Shown one piece after another: positions 10,422 through 14,169 of a stretch of DNA of 14,169 nt (within the stretch, counting starts at the first letter, position 1; each line of letters begins with the position of its first letter). The stretch is from Octopus sinensis (taxonomy: Eukaryota). The notes under the pieces are model-generated. The model was not told where the DNA came from and did no database searches. It worked only from the letters and a program-made list of their open reading frames with translations. The translations under genes and the position numbers were made by a program. The stretch is taken from NCBI RefSeq assembly GCF_006345805.1, contig NW_021825865.1:1-14169 (forward strand), written 5' to 3'.

Positions 10422-10550
10422 TTAAAAGTGTGGCTTGCAAACCCGCTACAGAGAATCGAACGCCGTACCTCTCAAACTCCAGTTAAGCGTTCTGTATTGT
10501 TACGTTAAGCGACGCATGATAAATCTGTTCCAATGTATTCCTCTTTCTAG

Positions 10551-10781
10551 GGCGGCGAGCTGGCAGAAACGTTAGCACGCCGGATGAAATGCTTAGCGGT
10601 ATTTCGTCTGTCGTTACGTTGTGAGTTCAAATTCCGCCGAGGTCAACTTTGCCTTTCATCCTTTCGGGGTCGATAAATTAAGTACCAGTTACGCTCTGGG
10701 GTCGATATAATCGACTTAATACCTATGTCTGTCCTTGTTTGTCCCCTCTATGTTTAGCCCCTTGTGGGTAATAAAGAAATA
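10551..10781 (+). mobile_element. Young full-length family A SINE, tail type 2
   Basis: Complete head, B box GTTCAAATTCC at 10625-10635, tail ending AAAGAAATA; ~95% identical to the inverted copy. Confidence 0.9.
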
Positions 10782-11211
10782 GGTATTTTAGTCCGTCTTC
10801 ACGTTCAAGGTTCAAATACCTATTCTTTATTACCCACAAGGGGCTAAACATAGAGGGGACAAACAAGGACAGACATAGGTATTAAGTCGATTACATCGAC
10901 CCCAGTGTGTAACTGGTACTTAATTTATCGACCCCGAAAGGATGAAAGGCAAAGTCGACCACGGCGGAATTTGAACTCAGAACGTAACGGCAGACGAAAT
11001 ACCGCTAAGCATTTCTCCCGGCGCGCTAACGTGTCTGCCAGCTCGCCGCCTTAGTTGGTATTTGAACATGAAGGTTCAAATACCATCGAAGTCCTCATTG
11101 CCTTTCGGGTTGATAAAATAAGTACCAGAAGAGTACTGAAGTCAATGTAGTTGACCTACCCACTGCTCCGAAATTGCTGATCTCGTGCCAATATTTGAAA
11201 TCAATATTTTT
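10782..11211 (+). mobile_element. Older diverged family A SINE body, tail type 3, split by the inverted copy (pieces 10782-10820 and 11071-11211)
   Basis: GGTATTTTAGTCCGTCTTCACGTTCAAGGTTCAAATACC resumes as AAGGTTCAAATACCATCGAAGTC...GGGTTGATAAAATAAGTACCAG...CCGAAATTGCTGATCTCGTGCCAATATTTGAAATC. Confidence 0.7.
10821..11050 (-). mobile_element. Young full-length family A SINE, tail type 2, inverted, with a 14-bp TSD
   Basis: Reverse complement of 10551-10781 with 11 substitutions and 1 indel. AAGGTTCAAATACC occurs at both 10807-10820 and 11071-11084. Confidence 0.9.
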
Positions 11212-11289
11212 TGATAAATCTGTTTCAATATATTCCTCATTGCATTTTGTTTGTTATGTCCTGTTATTATTATTGTTTTTTTATTGTAT

Positions 11290-11570
11290 TTTGTATTGAT
11301 ATTCGTGTAACATCGTCTGTTTTTCCGTCCTTGTTTCGTATACTTTCGTTGCTTTTTTCCAAGGAATCTAATGCTCGTAGCTTAGTTTTTCCTTGGGGTT
11401 GGCTAGATTGGAGCAATCTCAAGATTAACCAGCCGAAATTGCGAGGATGATCCGGTTCTTGACTGAAGATAAAAGGCTTCGAATGACCCGTCCGTGTTTT
11501 TTTTTTTGTATCGTCTATCTGGATGTTTTGTTGTCCCGCTTTGCGTTCTTGTCCCATTTTGTATTTTATT
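11290..11570. repeat. Unclassified interspersed repeat ending at (TA)n
   Basis: Its last ~55 nt (TTGTATCGTCTATCT...ATGTTTT.TTGTCC...CCATTT) recur at 9016-9073, also directly before (TA)n. The left boundary is uncertain. Confidence 0.45.
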
Positions 11571-11586
11571 ATATATATATATATAT

Positions 11587-12216
11587 ATAAATTATTAGAG
11601 AGTTATCCACTATGTGGATAACTCTAGTGCTAAAAATAGCTCCGAAGCAACCACAGAAGATCCGTTTCCAACTGGAATCAACACACATTTAAATTAATAT
11701 CGATTTTTCACCCTCATTTATAATTTTATAAATTTAACCATGCGGCAGTTAATATTTTATTTGATGCGGCATACGTTTCCAATGGAGTCTAGGCATGCTT
11801 TTGGCGCGGAATTTGAGACATAACTAAAAATGTAATTGGTTGGACCGCTCGTGTTTTTGACGCTCGAATCGATCTAATTAATTGCATTTCTGACAAACTC
11901 TACCGAAGATTTATGGATGCAAGTGTAAGTAAAACTACATATTGCATTAGTAATGAAACATTGTATAGAGTCATCTATTTTATTCGTTGTATTTCACTTT
12001 CCTTCGGTTAAATGTGTGTTGATCCAGTTGGAAACGGATCTTCTGTGGGTTGCTTCGGAGCTATTTTTAGCACTAGAGTTTCCACTAGTGGATAACTCTC
12101 TAATAATTTATGTATAAATTTGTATTTTTCCGTGGGTTTTGTGCTAAGCCACTTGGTGTTAAATTGATGGTATTATTAATTAATATCGATTTTTCACCCT
12201 CATTTATAATTTTATA
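11587..12216. repeat. Composite repeat: ~104-bp inverted arms (11587-11692 / 12008-12111), each with a 26-bp palindrome, plus a 39-bp exact direct repeat (11692-11730 / 12178-12216)
   Basis: Directly visible; flanked by (TA)n on both sides. It could be a MITE or a tandem unit with a foldback. Confidence 0.8.
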
Positions 12217-12270
12217 TATATTATATATATATATATATATTATATAGCTGCGTACGTAGACGTAGTTCTC

Positions 12271-12317
<47 letters not shown>
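12211..12317. repeat. (TA)n-rich microsatellite, interrupted
   Basis: Two TA runs separated by ~30 nt. Confidence 0.85.
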
Positions 12318-12320
<3 letters not shown>

Positions 12321-12679
12321 TCTTTATTTGCCTTTATATCAATATACATTCCTCTTAATATTGTCCTTTATATTTTCTATCGTACTCTGTCCTACATTGC
12401 TTTGGCTACCACATCATATCTTATGGGATTCTTGTATACGAACTTTCCATTGAAGTTGCAAATGTCTTCAACTTTAATTTTGCCTAGGTTACATTTATTG
12501 TTGACTGATGCATTCTATCTTTTGTGTGGTGCATTTGGTGAGGGAGGATTCCTTGCTCCATCATTGCATAGAGGTAAACACTCAAGATAAGATGTTACAT
12601 AACTGTCGGTATTCCGTACTAGAGTTCCCCATATACTTTTATGCCCTCTACTTTCTGTGCTTTTCGTTTCAGATATTCA

Positions 12680-13242
12680 ATATTTTATCTTTTTCCTGGG
12701 TTCAGTCATTAGACTGCGGATATGGAGCAACGCCTTGACGGGTTTAATCGAACAAATCGACCCCAGTACTTAATCTTTAGTCTTCTAATGATTCTACCGG
12801 TTTCTTCGTCGAACTGCTAAGTTACGGGGATGTAGACAACCAGCACCAGTTGTCAAGCGATGGTAAGGGAAAACACAAAAACACACGCACAAATACACGC
12901 GCATACACACACACACATATACGTGTGCAAATATATATATATATATAGATAGATAGATAGATAGACAGACAGATAGATAGACAGACAGATAGATAGACAG
13001 ACAGATAGATAGATAGACAGATAGATAGATAAACAGATAGATAGATAAACAGATAGATAGATAAACAGATAGATAGATAGATAGATATAAAGTTCCTTTC
13101 AATTTCAGTCTACAAAATCCATTCACAAAGCTTTGGTCGGCCCGAGGCTATTGTAAAAGACATTTGCCCAAGATACCACGCAGTGGTACCGAGCCCGGAA
13201 CCATGTGGTTGGGAAGCAAGCCTCTTACCACATAGCCACGCC
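12680..13242 (-). mobile_element. Family B SINE, near full length, with an expanded internal (GATA/GACA)n
   Basis: Minus-strand head GGCGTGGCTATGTGGTAAGAGGCTTGCTTCCCAACCACATGGTTCCGGG...GGTATCTTGGGCAAATGTC; microsatellite at ~12900-13088; 3' module to ~12680. Confidence 0.8.
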
Positions 13243-13270
13243 AGTACGATGTTATTAGTAAACTAGAAAC

Positions 13271-13385
13271 GCGTGGCCAAGTAGTTAGGGTGTTGTACTC
13301 ACGATCGCAAGAACACGGTTTCGATTCCCAGAGACGCTGCATTGCTTTCTTGAGCGAAATTCTCCATGTCATGTTGCTCCTCTCC
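13271..13385 (+). mobile_element. tRNA-derived SINE head, family C, degenerate
   Basis: A-box-like TGGCCAAGTAGTTAGG, B-box-like GGTTTCGATTCC at 13317-13328, then a CORE-like TTCTTGAGCGAAA...GTTGCTCC. Confidence 0.6.
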
Positions 13386-13404
13386 ATTTGCAATAAACTA
13401 AACA

Positions 13405-13585
13405 CGGCGAGCAGACACAATCGTTAAGCACGCAGCATTTCTTCCAGTTCTACATTCTGAGTTCCAATTCTGCAGAAGTCGACTTTACCTTTCGTCCTGC
13501 CGGAAGTCATAAAATAATTACCAGTTGAGCAGTGGGGTCAAAGCAATCGACTAGCCTCCCCATAATTTCAAGCCTTATTCCCTTA
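13405..13585 (+). mobile_element. Old diverged family A SINE, tail type 1-like
   Basis: CGGCGAGC...ATTCTGAGTTCCAATTC...GTCGACTTTACCTTTCGTCC...ACCAGTTGAGCAGTGGGGTC...ATCGACT...AATTTCAAGCCTT. Confidence 0.7.
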
Positions 13586-13588
13586 ATA

Positions 13589-13937
13589 CAGTGTTTCTCA
13601 ACCGGGGTCCATATGGTCTCTGAGAGTCCAGATAAGATTTCTGGGGATCCACGCAACAAAATTGGAAATTGGGGATCCACAATAGTATTTTAAGGACCTC
13701 TAAAACAGTTTGCTTTAGAGATATGTATTAATATATATTGCAAGAAGCAGCCAGGATTCCTTCTCTTAAATTTTACATAGTTCAACCTACACAAGATAAT
13801 GTGTGAGAAACAAATTAGGAATTTTGAAAGAAGTTTCTATAAAACTAGGTTTTAAAGATCGAATGACTGTGGGAGTCCACCAGAATAAAATAGTAATCAA
13901 AATGGGCCCATAGATGAAAAATGGTTGAGAACCCCTG
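13589..13937. mobile_element. Non-autonomous hAT (Charlie-like) DNA transposon / MITE, 349 bp
   Basis: Termini CAGTGTTTCTCAACC and GGTTGAGAACCCCTG (13/15 inverted match) are typical hAT-Charlie ends. Both flanks share CTTAA, a degenerate TSD (CCTTAATA / CTTAACCG). Confidence 0.8.
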
Positions 13938-14169
13938 CTTAACCGAAAGAATTATTAGTAAACTGGTCGAATTACTGTTGTTATTTTCAACTACTGTTTG
14001 GTAGCCTTTTCCCAGCGCTCTGAGAGAGATCTGTCAGCCTTCGTGACTCTTCTAAAGTTCATTAGTTATTCAAATGATATTTTTACATTCGTCTTCGCAA
14101 CCTTGGTTTAGATGATCACTGGGTTTCTTATTCTGCTGGAGAAGTAGTTTCATTGTTAGAATCTCAAAT

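Noticed and set aside
10437-10490. tRNA-like fragment on the minus strand (GTTCGATTC), and the SINE heads as tRNA genes
   Set aside because: Only B-box-like parts are present, with no complete cloverleaf; these are best seen as SINE remnants.
11455-11490. CTGAAGA...CGAA hammerhead-like core (also CTGATGA on the minus strand near 2773-2779)
   Set aside because: There is no GAAA after a credible stem II and no flanking stems I/III that I could pair. An Infernal search would settle it.
11603-11621. DnaA-box-like TTATCCAC / TGTGGATAA pair (also at 2056-2064)
   Set aside because: The context is eukaryotic and repetitive. The exact 9-mer depends on a single-base indel in one arm, and the other instance lies in RT coding sequence.
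14112-14169. Possible exon start after ...TTGGTTTAG encoding DHWVSYSAGEVVSLLESQ
   Set aside because: It is too short, cut by the window edge, has a weak pyrimidine tract and has no recognisable homology.

Overview
Eukaryotic, repeat-saturated DNA with no intact protein-coding or RNA gene that I can support. The SINE families, microsatellite load and LINE types look like an octopus (coleoid cephalopod) genome; this comes from recall of such repeats and was not verified. Left half (300-8125): two dead L1-superfamily, Tx1-like non-LTR retrotransposons. One is ~2.1 kb, with ORF1 on +, an inverted RT fragment on -, and a 3' end with AATAAA and (ATT)n. The other is ~5 kb, with frameshifted ORF1 (CCHC knuckle) and ORF2 (APE endonuclease, RT, remnant Zn finger). 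Between them lies a 530-bp orphan element, and all three sit at (ATT)n tracts. Right half: an R4/Dong-type endonuclease fragment, about a dozen tRNA-derived SINE copies or fragments of three families, a palindromic TA-flanked MITE, a hAT MITE, and a repeat with 104-bp inverted arms plus a 39-bp direct repeat. The most interesting signal is a young SINE subtype whose 3' tail resembles the putative LINE 3' end at 2320-2376. All three of its copies end immediately before (G/A)GTATTT, a motif inside SINEs of the same family. One copy used a cryptic GGTATTT on the opposite strand with a 14-bp target-site duplication, creating a ~500-bp hairpin. This suggests a site-directed, self-targeting SINE mobilised by a Tx1-like LINE.
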